Origin: a virus
Taxonomy: Duplodnaviria > Heunggongvirae > Uroviricota > Caudoviricetes
Virus record (IMG/VR): IMGVR_UViG_3300032116_000040
Coordinates: 58,085 to 122,084 of that record
Strand: one strand, 5' to 3'
DNA length: 64,000 nt
Both the position numbers and the translations under genes were made by a program. The notes beneath the pieces were generated by a model. The model searched no databases. It was not told where the DNA came from and saw only the letters and a program-made list of their open reading frames with translations. Below are positions 29,602-37,660 of this stretch, piece after piece. The stretch's first letter is position 1, and every line of letters begins with the position of its first letter.

Positions 29602-30822
29602 TTGTTAAAGGATTTCCAAAGTTTCATAAACGAGGCACTAACTCTAAAAAAAGATGGAGGTTCTCATTATTTAGAAAGAGTCGAGACTAGGCTCGCTCGG
29701 CTCGAGTTAATAGGATTTACTGACAAGAAAGGAGAACAAGTATCAGCTTCACCGGATGAAAAGGCAAAGGCTCAACAGTTTTTTAGAGACGTTCTTTCAA
29801 AGATAGCAGACCCTACTAAAAGTAAGATATTTAGTGAGGCCGACGTTCCAGTCGGAAATATCGGAATCCTGCGATTGGGAAAAGCTAAGGTCACCCTTTC
29901 TAATGGAGAAGAAGTTGAGCCAGTCTTTAGAGTCTATGAAAGAACGGATGCTAGTACCGGAAAAGAAGTCTTTAGAACGGGAAAATGTTTTTGGCTTTTT
30001 TCGGTGGGATCACAGGTCTCTACGATCAAGCTTTATAACGTTGACGGTAATTCACCGAGCGAAAAAAAGTTTTTAATTAATAAATCAATCGAACATCTAC
30101 GATCAGAAAGAGAGGCGGAGATAGCTAAGATCTCAAGAGTCTTTTCAGTAAATCTTGAATCGAGTGAAGAGCTTGAGAAAAGACACAAGGTCATTCTAAC
30201 TCCAGGAGGAATATCAATCATTTCGCTTAATTTTAATTCTGGAGAATCATATGAACAACAACTAGAATCCTTTTTAAAGGACTCGTTAGTTATTAAACAG
30301 GAAGTGGTCAGAATGCGACCTGACCTAGAAAGAGAATCAACCTTTAGCCTTGAATCTATTCCAAAGCAGATGAACGTTACTCCTGAAAAGGTGTGGTTGC
30401 TTGAAAAAAACGAAAAATTTAATACTTGGGGAGCTCTTCCGATCCTGCAATCTAAGCTGATTAAGGGAGCTACTGGAAACGAGGTTCAGATAAAGGTGGG
30501 CAAGAAGTGGTTACACTGGTTGGAGAAACCAATGTTTAACCTGCCGGTGCAAACTGATCGACTCATTAGAAAAGGAGAAAAGATCGCTCTAGCTAAGGAG
30601 ATAGGTCGAGGTTCATGGCTAGTAAATATCGGAACCGTCACAGATATCGCAGTAGATTCAAGATCAAGCGAGTTTCCTTATGTAAAGACTAAGGGATGGG
30701 ACTCTTCTTTTATAATTGATGGCGATGAGGCTACAAAGATCTTTATGGATTTTCGGCAAGCGAACGAAAGCTTTTCACCAGTCTTAAGTTTTAAACAGTG
30801 GAGCTTAACTATCCTTCGATAA
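29602..30822 (+). CDS. hypothetical protein (406 aa), TTG start, N-terminus LKDFQSFINE
   Basis: ORF track. GATAAATAATAAG lies 12 nt upstream of the TTG. Confidence 0.45.
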   Translation: MLKDFQSFINEALTLKKDGGSHYLERVETRLARLELIGFTDKKGEQVSASPDEKAKAQQFFRDVLSKIADPTKSKIFSEADVPVGNIGILRLGKAKVTLSNGEEVEPVFRVYERTDASTGKEVFRTGKCFWLFSVGSQVSTIKLYNVDGNSPSEKKFLINKSIEHLRSEREAEIAKISRVFSVNLESSEELEKRHKVILTPGGISIISLNFNSGESYEQQLESFLKDSLVIKQEVVRMRPDLERESTFSLESIPKQMNVTPEKVWLLEKNEKFNTWGALPILQSKLIKGATGNEVQIKVGKKWLHWLEKPMFNLPVQTDRLIRKGEKIALAKEIGRGSWLVNIGTVTDIAVDSRSSEFPYVKTKGWDSSFIIDGDEATKIFMDFRQANESFSPVLSFKQWSLTILR

Positions 30823-31243
30823 AAGCTCGGATATCTTCTCCATCAGGATTGTCTAGCGTCCAGCACGCATCACCTATTTCGCTACTTGCACAGTCTATCG
30901 AAGGATCACTCTTTAGCTTGTTCCAGATCTTATCCACCATTGGGTTCTGACGACGACCTTTTCCAGAATAGAGATGGCCCAGCCTTTGGATTAGGGCTCG
31001 ATAAATCTTGGTAGCAAGTCCCTTTCTTCTGATTTCTTCTCCGAGAGTTATGTGAGGCTGATATAGATAATCGTAGATGACCTGTATGGTCAACTGTATT
31101 TCTGGATTGGGTTCATTCTCTCCAGGAAGGATCACTCCCAAATTCATTAAGTTTCCTTCGGATTCTAATCGAACGAATCTGATTCCTTTCCAGTCAATGC
31201 CTTGAATGTCCATGAATTCTTCTCTTTCAAGTATGTGTTTCAA
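30809..31243 (-). CDS. hypothetical protein (144 aa), TTG start
   Basis: AAATAAATAATAAAAAATACCTGGAA-TTG spacing matches the motif rule. Confidence 0.45.
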   Translation of the reverse strand: MKHILEREEFMDIQGIDWKGIRFVRLESEGNLMNLGVILPGENEPNPEIQLTIQVIYDYLYQPHITLGEEIRRKGLATKIYRALIQRLGHLYSGKGRRQNPMVDKIWNKLKSDPSIDCASSEIGDACWTLDNPDGEDIRAFIEG

Positions 31244-31325
31244 TTCCAGGTATTTTTTATTATTTATTTTTAAACTTTATCTAAAATAGAGTATAATATA
31301 AACCTGAAAATTACTTATTAACACT

Positions 31326-31562
31326 ATGAAAAATGAAAAGAAGTTAAGTCTTAAAATTGGTCCTTGGGGCGTGGTCGCTCTGACGATCGCCTACATCGCG
31401 ATCATGAATCTCTACTTTGAGTACTGCATCAGTAGAGAGTTTGATCCCATTTTGCAAATGGTATCCACCCTAATTGCAATCTATTATACTTGGTGGCAAA
31501 TTAAATTGATCGTGAATACGATCATCAATTACATAACTAATAAAATAAAAAAAGAAGAATGA
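31326..31562 (+). CDS. small two-TM membrane protein (78 aa), translationally coupled to the SPFH gene
   Basis: Two hydrophobic helices. ATGA overlap with the next gene. Confidence 0.45.
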   Translation: MKNEKKLSLKIGPWGVVALTIAYIAIMNLYFEYCISREFDPILQMVSTLIAIYYTWWQIKLIVNTIINYITNKIKKEE

Positions 31563-32461
31563 TTTCAGGTATCTTAATCGCGATTTTTATAATCGTAGCG
31601 ATCGTTAAAGTGGTGATCGCAAAAAATAATGATGACGAACGAGGATTCATCACAGGAATAATAATAGGAGTAGTTGGAATCGTGATCGGGGTCGTTCAGC
31701 CGTTTGCACTAGAAAGAGTCGATGCGGGTCACGTTGGGATCAAAGTTAATCTGACCGGCGATAATCGAGGAGTTTCTAATTACGAATACAAGACTGGATG
31801 GGTGATGTATAACACTTGGGTTGAGCAGCTCCTAGAGTTCCCAACATATCAGCAACACATCGAATACAAGGACCAGACAGTTATCACTAAGGGTGGGTTC
31901 GCAGCTTCAATCAAACCAAGCTTTAACTATTCGCTTAAGCCAAATGCAATAGGAAACATGTTTGAAAACCTACGATTAGACATAAAACAAATTGAGCAGG
32001 GCTGGTTAATGAACGCTATCGTTTCTTCAGTAAATGACGTCGCTAATAAGTGGGAAGTCGACGCGATATTCAATAATCGTGAGCAGTTTGAGGCGGCTAT
32101 CGTTGCTGAGTGTAATAAGAGGCTCTCTAAATGGTTCACTGTTTCTCAGTTAAGAACTAATATCACTCCGCCAACCGCACTTCAACAGGCCATTGAATCT
32201 AAAACTAAGGCTGTTCAGGAAGCGCAAGCTGCGATGCAAAGAAAGCTTGTAGCAGAAGCTGAAGCTCAAGAAAAAATTGCAATCGCAAAGGGTGACTCAG
32301 CTAAGGCGATCATCGACGCCCAAGCTACCGCTCTATCGATCAAGCTTAAGCAGCAAGAATTGAGTCCAGCCTATATCGAATACATTAAATGGACTAGTTG
32401 GAATGGTCAGCTTCCTACAACAATGACCGGAAACACAGGAACTCTATTAAACATAAAATAA
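31559..32461 (+). CDS. SPFH/band-7 (stomatin/prohibitin/HflK-like) membrane protein
   Basis: N-terminal TM. GHVGIKVNLTGD and a coiled-coil AQAAMQRKLVAEAEAQEKIAIAKGDSAKAIIDAQA typical of SPFH proteins. Confidence 0.65.
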   Translation: MISGILIAIFIIVAIVKVVIAKNNDDERGFITGIIIGVVGIVIGVVQPFALERVDAGHVGIKVNLTGDNRGVSNYEYKTGWVMYNTWVEQLLEFPTYQQHIEYKDQTVITKGGFAASIKPSFNYSLKPNAIGNMFENLRLDIKQIEQGWLMNAIVSSVNDVANKWEVDAIFNNREQFEAAIVAECNKRLSKWFTVSQLRTNITPPTALQQAIESKTKAVQEAQAAMQRKLVAEAEAQEKIAIAKGDSAKAIIDAQATALSIKLKQQELSPAYIEYIKWTSWNGQLPTTMTGNTGTLLNIK

Positions 32462-32482
32462 TAAGAACTCTTGATAAATAAA

Positions 32483-32508
32483 AGAGGCCCATATAGGCCT
32501 CTTTTTCA
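32483..32508 (+). terminator. rho-independent terminator
   Basis: AGAGGCC / GGCCTCT stem followed by TTTT. Confidence 0.55.
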
Positions 32509-32525
32509 TTAAAATAATTAAAACG

Positions 32526-32912
32526 ATGGACATATTAGTAGATTTTGACGGAACTTGCACAACACACGATTTTCCATATGTCGGAAAAGAGATAGGTGCA
32601 CCGGAAGTATTAAGAGACCTTGTCATCGCAGGTCATAACCTGATTCTTTTCACCATGCGAAGCGATACTAGCAAGGGAAAGTTTTTAAAGGATGCAGTTA
32701 ACTGGTTTGAGAAGAATGATATACCTCTTTATGGAATCCAAGAGAATCCAACTCAACGGGCTTGGACGAGTTCGCCTAAGGCATACGGTCAGTTAATCAT
32801 TGACGATATCTGTTTGGGAATTCCGCTTAAGGTTGACCCTCAAATGTCAGATCGACCCTTTGTAGATTGGGAAAAGTGTAGAACTCTAATGGAAGAGATG
32901 GGGATTCTTTAA
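32526..32912 (+). CDS. small HAD-family phosphatase
   Basis: ILVDFDGTC (DxDGT), FTMRSD, IIDD. Confidence 0.5.
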   Translation: MDILVDFDGTCTTHDFPYVGKEIGAPEVLRDLVIAGHNLILFTMRSDTSKGKFLKDAVNWFEKNDIPLYGIQENPTQRAWTSSPKAYGQLIIDDICLGIPLKVDPQMSDRPFVDWEKCRTLMEEMGIL

Positions 32913-33235
32913 TCTCTAAACTTTCCTGGAAAAAGCATTCTCCATTCATGTCCGTGAGGAATGTCCTTCGCTCGTACTCCAAATATCTTTTTTTCGGGTT
33001 GTTCGCAAGGATCTTCTCCGTTCCATTTAAACCCATTTCGACAGGCCCAATTTTTCATAAATGGTTTCTGTAGAGGCTGACCTGTCACGAATGGAAATCT
33101 GACACCTGCTTCGTTATCGATCTCTTCAATCTTGCCGTGTTTTACCTTGATCTCAATCGTTCTTCCCATTCTTGACTTAAGAGTGATCTCCTCCTCTCGC
33201 TGCCAACTTTCAAATAACTGAATGTACTTTTTCAT
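32909..33235 (-). CDS. small protein (108 aa) of unknown function, last gene of the cyclase-patatin operon
   Basis: Its start overlaps the patatin stop. N-terminus MKKYIQLFESWQREEE. Confidence 0.45.
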   Translation of the reverse strand: MKKYIQLFESWQREEEITLKSRMGRTIEIKVKHGKIEEIDNEAGVRFPFVTGQPLQKPFMKNWACRNGFKWNGEDPCEQPEKKIFGVRAKDIPHGHEWRMLFPGKFRD

Positions 33236-34194
33236 TAATTAAAAAACTTTTGTAATTTTTCCATCTCGTCAGGATTAGTTAGTATCTGTGAATATACTCT
33301 TTCTATCAAATATTTATAGGTTGCTGGTCTAGAATCAGCCATGTCGCTCTTTTTTTCATCGTCGATTGACACTTGAAAACGTAGGTGTTTTTTCAATATC
33401 TCATCACACTCGTATGTGACCGCTTTTGCTGATGCTTGCATCATGATAGAGGTGATCGGCTTTATCCAGTTTATTGCTCCCCAACCAGTTGTTTTTTCAT
33501 CTAAACTTTCTGAATATATTCCAGTACCTAGTGAAAGACACTCGATATTGCTTATATCAACGTCTGGTCGGCTACGTAAGACGTCAGCTACTGCTGCCAT
33601 CGCTGGATTATTAATGTACACTCCGCCGTCTACTAATAGACGACTCTTAGCTTTAAAATCCATCTCGTATGAAGGAAGATATGTGGGAGCAGCAGAAGTT
33701 GCTCTACATATTTCTTTTAACTTAGCGTTATATTCAGGTCCAGCGCTAGCTAGCCTGCTTTTAAACATTACTACCTCGTTGTTTTTAATGTCATACGAAC
33801 TTACAATGATGGGTTTTAAAGTATCCTTTAGTGTAGAATCTGAAAAATATTCACCCAATAGCCTGTCTAATCCATCAGGAGAAAACTTTGGATTAAATAT
33901 CGAGTTTATTCCAGTTATTGCTTTTGAAAATATGTTTCTCTTATATGGAAATATCTCAGTTCCCTTGTCAGTATATAGGGATATTAACTGGTCTAGGCTA
34001 ACTGCTGGCTTTTTTCCGTCTTTCGTATAGGTCAATCCGCAGGCTATTATTCCACCAGTCGAGGTTCCAGCAATGACATCAAAAAGCTCATGGATGAGTT
34101 TACCTTGGGTCTTTTCAATCTCCTTTAATATCAAGAGGGGAATTATTCCACGAAGACCTCCTCCGTCTAGTGACAGTATTCTAATTTTTTCCAT
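33235..34194 (-). CDS. patatin-like phospholipase
   Basis: LSLDGGGLRG (oxyanion GGGxR/KG), AGTSTGG (GxSxG nucleophile), LVDGGVYINNP (DGG catalytic Asp). Confidence 0.8.
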   Translation of the reverse strand: MEKIRILSLDGGGLRGIIPLLILKEIEKTQGKLIHELFDVIAGTSTGGIIACGLTYTKDGKKPAVSLDQLISLYTDKGTEIFPYKRNIFSKAITGINSIFNPKFSPDGLDRLLGEYFSDSTLKDTLKPIIVSSYDIKNNEVVMFKSRLASAGPEYNAKLKEICRATSAAPTYLPSYEMDFKAKSRLLVDGGVYINNPAMAAVADVLRSRPDVDISNIECLSLGTGIYSESLDEKTTGWGAINWIKPITSIMMQASAKAVTYECDEILKKHLRFQVSIDDEKKSDMADSRPATYKYLIERVYSQILTNPDEMEKLQKFFN

Positions 34195-34195
34195 G

Positions 34196-34897
34196 TTATA
34201 CTTTTATTTTATATGCAGTTGTTTTTGCTACTCCTTTAAGGGACCTAAGAGGTTCACACGAATGCAGTTGAAGTTCAGATAAGAGTCGACCGCTTCGTTT
34301 TCTCTTGCCTTCCCAACATCTCTGCTGATAATCGATGATCTCAAGCTTCATCTTTTTAGATGTCACCAAGTCCTCGATCTTTTTTTCTTCTGACTTTGGT
34401 AGGTTTTCAGTAAAGCTAAAGGTCACATAACCTGGCTCAGACACAGTTGACTCCATTCTAGATGCAGTATTGACCGTGTTTCCAAAGTAGTCCCAAAGCT
34501 TTTTTCCTTGGACATCAGTCTGTTTTTTATAGAGCGGACCCCAACAGATTCCCAAACGAATCGTCATTGATTTTTCTTTTATCTTGATAGGTTTTTCCCT
34601 AAGATCCATCTGTATGTCAAGCCCAGCTGCAACCGCTCTAAGTAAGGAGTTAGATCCTTCGAAGCTTACCATGTAACTATCGCCGATTGTTTTTACAATC
34701 ATGCCGTCATGCTTAGCTAAGATCTTTTTGATTCTTTTTCCGTGCTCTTCCAATGCTTCAAACATTCCGGCTTCATGTAGCTTCCATAGCTTAGAGCTCG
34801 ATTTAACATCAGTAAAAAGAATAGCTTGTTCTTTTTCTTGAAGCTTTTTTAAAGAGTCGACACTTTCCCAAATAGGATACGATAGTAAATGTTTCAT
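34196..34897 (-). CDS. class III nucleotidyl (adenylate/guanylate-type) cyclase domain protein
   Basis: LFTDVKSS (first metal Asp), KTIGDSYMVSF (second Asp), IRLGICWGPLY (R-x-G-x-x-x-G-P), YFGNTVNTASRMES (N...R transition-state residues). Confidence 0.7.
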   Translation of the reverse strand: MKHLLSYPIWESVDSLKKLQEKEQAILFTDVKSSSKLWKLHEAGMFEALEEHGKRIKKILAKHDGMIVKTIGDSYMVSFEGSNSLLRAVAAGLDIQMDLREKPIKIKEKSMTIRLGICWGPLYKKQTDVQGKKLWDYFGNTVNTASRMESTVSEPGYVTFSFTENLPKSEEKKIEDLVTSKKMKLEIIDYQQRCWEGKRKRSGRLLSELQLHSCEPLRSLKGVAKTTAYKIKV

Positions 34898-34925
34898 ATA
34901 CTTTATTTATCAATGAGTAAAATAA

Positions 34926-34949
34926 AAAGGATCCCATAAGAGATCCTTT
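34926..34949 (-). terminator. hairpin terminator (copy 1 of AAAGGATCYC-NNNN-GAGATCCTTT)
   Basis: 10-bp stem with one mismatch and a 4-nt loop. A T-rich run follows on the minus strand, downstream of 35012..35341. Confidence 0.5.
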
Positions 34950-35011
34950 AATGATGCTTGACTTTAACGTGAGTCAATCGAAATAAATCAATAGTGTCTA
35001 TGCAAAGAAGA

Positions 35012-35341
35012 TTATTCAGCAGGCACCGCTACTGCTGCTACTAGCTCGTCGACTAAGTTATTTAAAAGAGTCGAGTCAACATCAGAAAAACTAACACTAA
35101 AATGTGTCTTTTCCTGATTATTCTCAGATCCTTTACCTAGATATCTAACGTCAGCTCCATTAAAGATATGAATTACGTGATAATCGGTAAGTGTGACGTC
35201 TTCGGGTTTAAATGTTTTAATGTGATCTACGAATGCAGTAAGGTTAGTTAAGGTATCTGACTTTACTGTGCCTTTATTATCTTTTCCAATGATTTGTGAA
35301 TCACCAAAGCCAAAAAGATGGATAGTATTAAATGTTGACAT
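35012..35341 (-). CDS. hypothetical protein (109 aa)
   Basis: ORF track. GATAAATAATAAAAAAC motif upstream. Confidence 0.45.
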   Translation of the reverse strand: MSTFNTIHLFGFGDSQIIGKDNKGTVKSDTLTNLTAFVDHIKTFKPEDVTLTDYHVIHIFNGADVRYLGKGSENNQEKTHFSVSFSDVDSTLLNNLVDELVAAVAVPAE

Positions 35342-35377
35342 ATTAATAGTTTTTTATTATTTATCTCTTAAAACAAA

Positions 35378-35401
35378 AAAGGATCTCATTAGAGATCCTT
35401 T
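35378..35401 (-). terminator. hairpin terminator (copy 2, perfect AAAGGATCTC-ATTA-GAGATCCTTT)
   Basis: Perfect 10-bp stem followed by TTTTTTGTTTT on the minus strand, downstream of 35422..36228. Confidence 0.55.
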
Positions 35402-35421
35402 AATAGAGCCTGACTTAAATT

Positions 35422-36228
35422 TTATATTCGCGTTCCGCAGTTAGGGCAGAACTTCCAACTCGATTTTTTGTGACGAGTTCCACAATTGGTGCAATAGTTT
35501 CTAATCTCTTTTACTTCTACTGGTTTTTGAGATTCCGGTATGATTTGCATGTGAACAGTATTGCAGGTCCATGAGTTAAAAGAATCGTTTGAGTATTCAA
35601 ACTCTTGTTTAGATTCTTCTCCTTTTTCAGATCTACCAGTTTCAATAGAATTTGAACTAAACAGAGAAGTCGGAACGATTGAACTGTTTTGTCCGATAAT
35701 ATCCGATGATACATTACTTGTAAAATACATAGTATTTTCAGTGCTTCCTCCATAGACCGGATGACTCATTTTTTCATAAGTCCAGTTAGATCCCCAAACA
35801 GTAAGACCACCAGTAGGTGGAATGAACTGATCATAGAACTCTACTTTGACTTTTCCGTTTTCTCTGATTGCTCCTTTTGCTTCAGTTGAATCCTCTACTT
35901 CGTAGGTCTCGAATAGGAACTTTCGAGGTTCGTCTAACCATCTTTCTAGAAAGACTCTCTGTCCAGGATTCAGGATGATTCCTGAAGAGGAGATCGGCTG
36001 ACCGTCTAAATAGATTTTAGCTAGAACCTTGGTTGTTTTTGGATTAAAGAGCTCGATCTCATAGTGAGTCTTGTCCTTTAAATAGATTTTTTCGCCGTAT
36101 GACTTTAGGCGATTTCTGTTTACTGCAATATTAGCAGTTGGACTCATTGAGCCCGAGATTGTTTGATTGTACATAAGTTTACCTGTTATTTTTATAAGCA
36201 GACGTCTTTGTGGCTTTATACCACTCAA
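35422..36228 (-). CDS. hypothetical protein (268 aa) with a C-terminal zinc ribbon (CTNCGTRH...CPNCGTRI)
   Basis: ORF track. Confidence 0.5.
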   Translation of the reverse strand: MSGIKPQRRLLIKITGKLMYNQTISGSMSPTANIAVNRNRLKSYGEKIYLKDKTHYEIELFNPKTTKVLAKIYLDGQPISSSGIILNPGQRVFLERWLDEPRKFLFETYEVEDSTEAKGAIRENGKVKVEFYDQFIPPTGGLTVWGSNWTYEKMSHPVYGGSTENTMYFTSNVSSDIIGQNSSIVPTSLFSSNSIETGRSEKGEESKQEFEYSNDSFNSWTCNTVHMQIIPESQKPVEVKEIRNYCTNCGTRHKKSSWKFCPNCGTRI

Positions 36229-36424
36229 AAGTTATTAACTCGACGCCGACTAGAGTGTCAGGCTCTAATTATATTTAACTCCATTTTTATGGAAAGTTTT
36301 CGATTGATTCTTTAACTGATGCAGACGCTTAGGTCAAAGGACTGAATATACTATTATTTTATCACTTAATTTTCCATAAGATTTTCTTTTAGTATTCTAG
36401 CTAAGAATAAAGAATACGATATAA

Positions 36425-36694
36425 ATGGAAGAAACCAAAATATTTGTTTGTAACTGTCACTCATTAGAGCATCAGGTAAAATTCATGCACGATGCGGATG
36501 ACGATGCATTATATGTATACATTCACCTAAATCAACGAAATAGTTTCTGGAAAAGGCTTGTTGCTGGAATAAAATACGCGTTCGGTTACTCTTCGAGGTT
36601 TGGTGAATGGGACGAGTTTATATTTCAAGAAAAAGATCTGGAAGAGTTAAGTAAGTTTTTAAATAGGATTAATAATGGCGACCCGCTCCCTTAA
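36425..36694 (+). CDS. hypothetical protein (89 aa)
   Basis: ORF track. Confidence 0.4.
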   Translation: MEETKIFVCNCHSLEHQVKFMHDADDDALYVYIHLNQRNSFWKRLVAGIKYAFGYSSRFGEWDEFIFQEKDLEELSKFLNRINNGDPLP

Positions 36695-36977
36695 GATGAA
36701 AATAGGAATCGTTGAATACGATTTTAACGAGATAATTGACGAGTGGATCAAGAAAGAGTGTCGACGTGAAGCGCGTAAGATAATTAAGGTGATGCTTAAC
36801 TGGGAAACTCGATATACTTACGCTCTCCTTGTTGAGCTCATCATCTACCATGAAAAAGAGATGGGAAATATTGTGTGTAGCCACCTTGATTTCATGAAAT
36901 CAAAACTAGTAGAGTTTGGAAAAATAAAATCTGGAGGATGTTTCGGTTCCCCGTTTACAGATTTAGAAAAAAGCTAG
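36675..36977 (+). CDS. hypothetical protein (100 aa)
   Basis: ORF track. Confidence 0.4.
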   Translation: MATRSLKMKIGIVEYDFNEIIDEWIKKECRREARKIIKVMLNWETRYTYALLVELIIYHEKEMGNIVCSHLDFMKSKLVEFGKIKSGGCFGSPFTDLEKS

Positions 36978-37660
36978 GAATTTACTCTCATTTGAGCATC
37001 AGTCAGTTCGACTGCGATGCACGCTTCTCCCTGTAACTTGATCAGTCTTTCCATGTATGGAATTGTGATCCATGCATGACCGCCCTGACCCCAAGACTTA
37101 CCCCAAGAGTTTTTGATCCTGATCTTATTTGCTTTAGTGTCTACTCCATTTAGAACATACGCATGACCGCCCACAAGCTGACCAACTGGCTGAATAAATC
37201 CTAGCCTATTTGGAGTCATCATATTAGAGTACCAGTTAGTACCTACTACTAGGGGACCAGTAGTAAGTAGAGTGTTTACTATCGTCCTGATATCGAATGC
37301 CCAATAGTAGCTTGATATCTTTTTAGCTGCCTTTAAGTATTTTGCCGCTCCTCTGACTGATGTACCTTCATAGTTTTCTCCAACCCATTCGTCAACCTTT
37401 TGGGCCTCATTATAAATCAATTGGGGCGGAACGATCGGTGCTATTCCAGCATGTCCAATGGGCCCGTCTTCGATCCAATGTGCCCAAGCATAACCCACAC
37501 AGTATGGTGTGTCTCCTTGATCTCCCCACCAGCCGTTTGCATCCCAGTATCGTTGTGTGTATCTCACGGTCTGTTGGATGGGCAGGTGTTGTCGTATTAA
37601 ATACTTCTTATCTCTTGAATCAGGCGAGTATACTCGATTTAATGTTCTTGATCCCGTCAT
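36974..37660 (-). CDS. papain-like (C1 family) cysteine peptidase
   Basis: CVGYAWAHW (catalytic Cys context), GGHAYVLNG (His), IKNSWGKSWGQGGHAWI (papain NSWGxxWG signature). Confidence 0.55.
   Translation of the reverse strand: MTGSRTLNRVYSPDSRDKKYLIRQHLPIQQTVRYTQRYWDANGWWGDQGDTPYCVGYAWAHWIEDGPIGHAGIAPIVPPQLIYNEAQKVDEWVGENYEGTSVRGAAKYLKAAKKISSYYWAFDIRTIVNTLLTTGPLVVGTNWYSNMMTPNRLGFIQPVGQLVGGHAYVLNGVDTKANKIRIKNSWGKSWGQGGHAWITIPYMERLIKLQGEACIAVELTDAQMRVNS

Noticed and set aside
33416-34030. 204-aa plus-strand ORF
   Set aside because: It lies entirely antisense inside the patatin gene, which has strong catalytic motifs. It is a low-complexity antisense translation with no start or promoter context.
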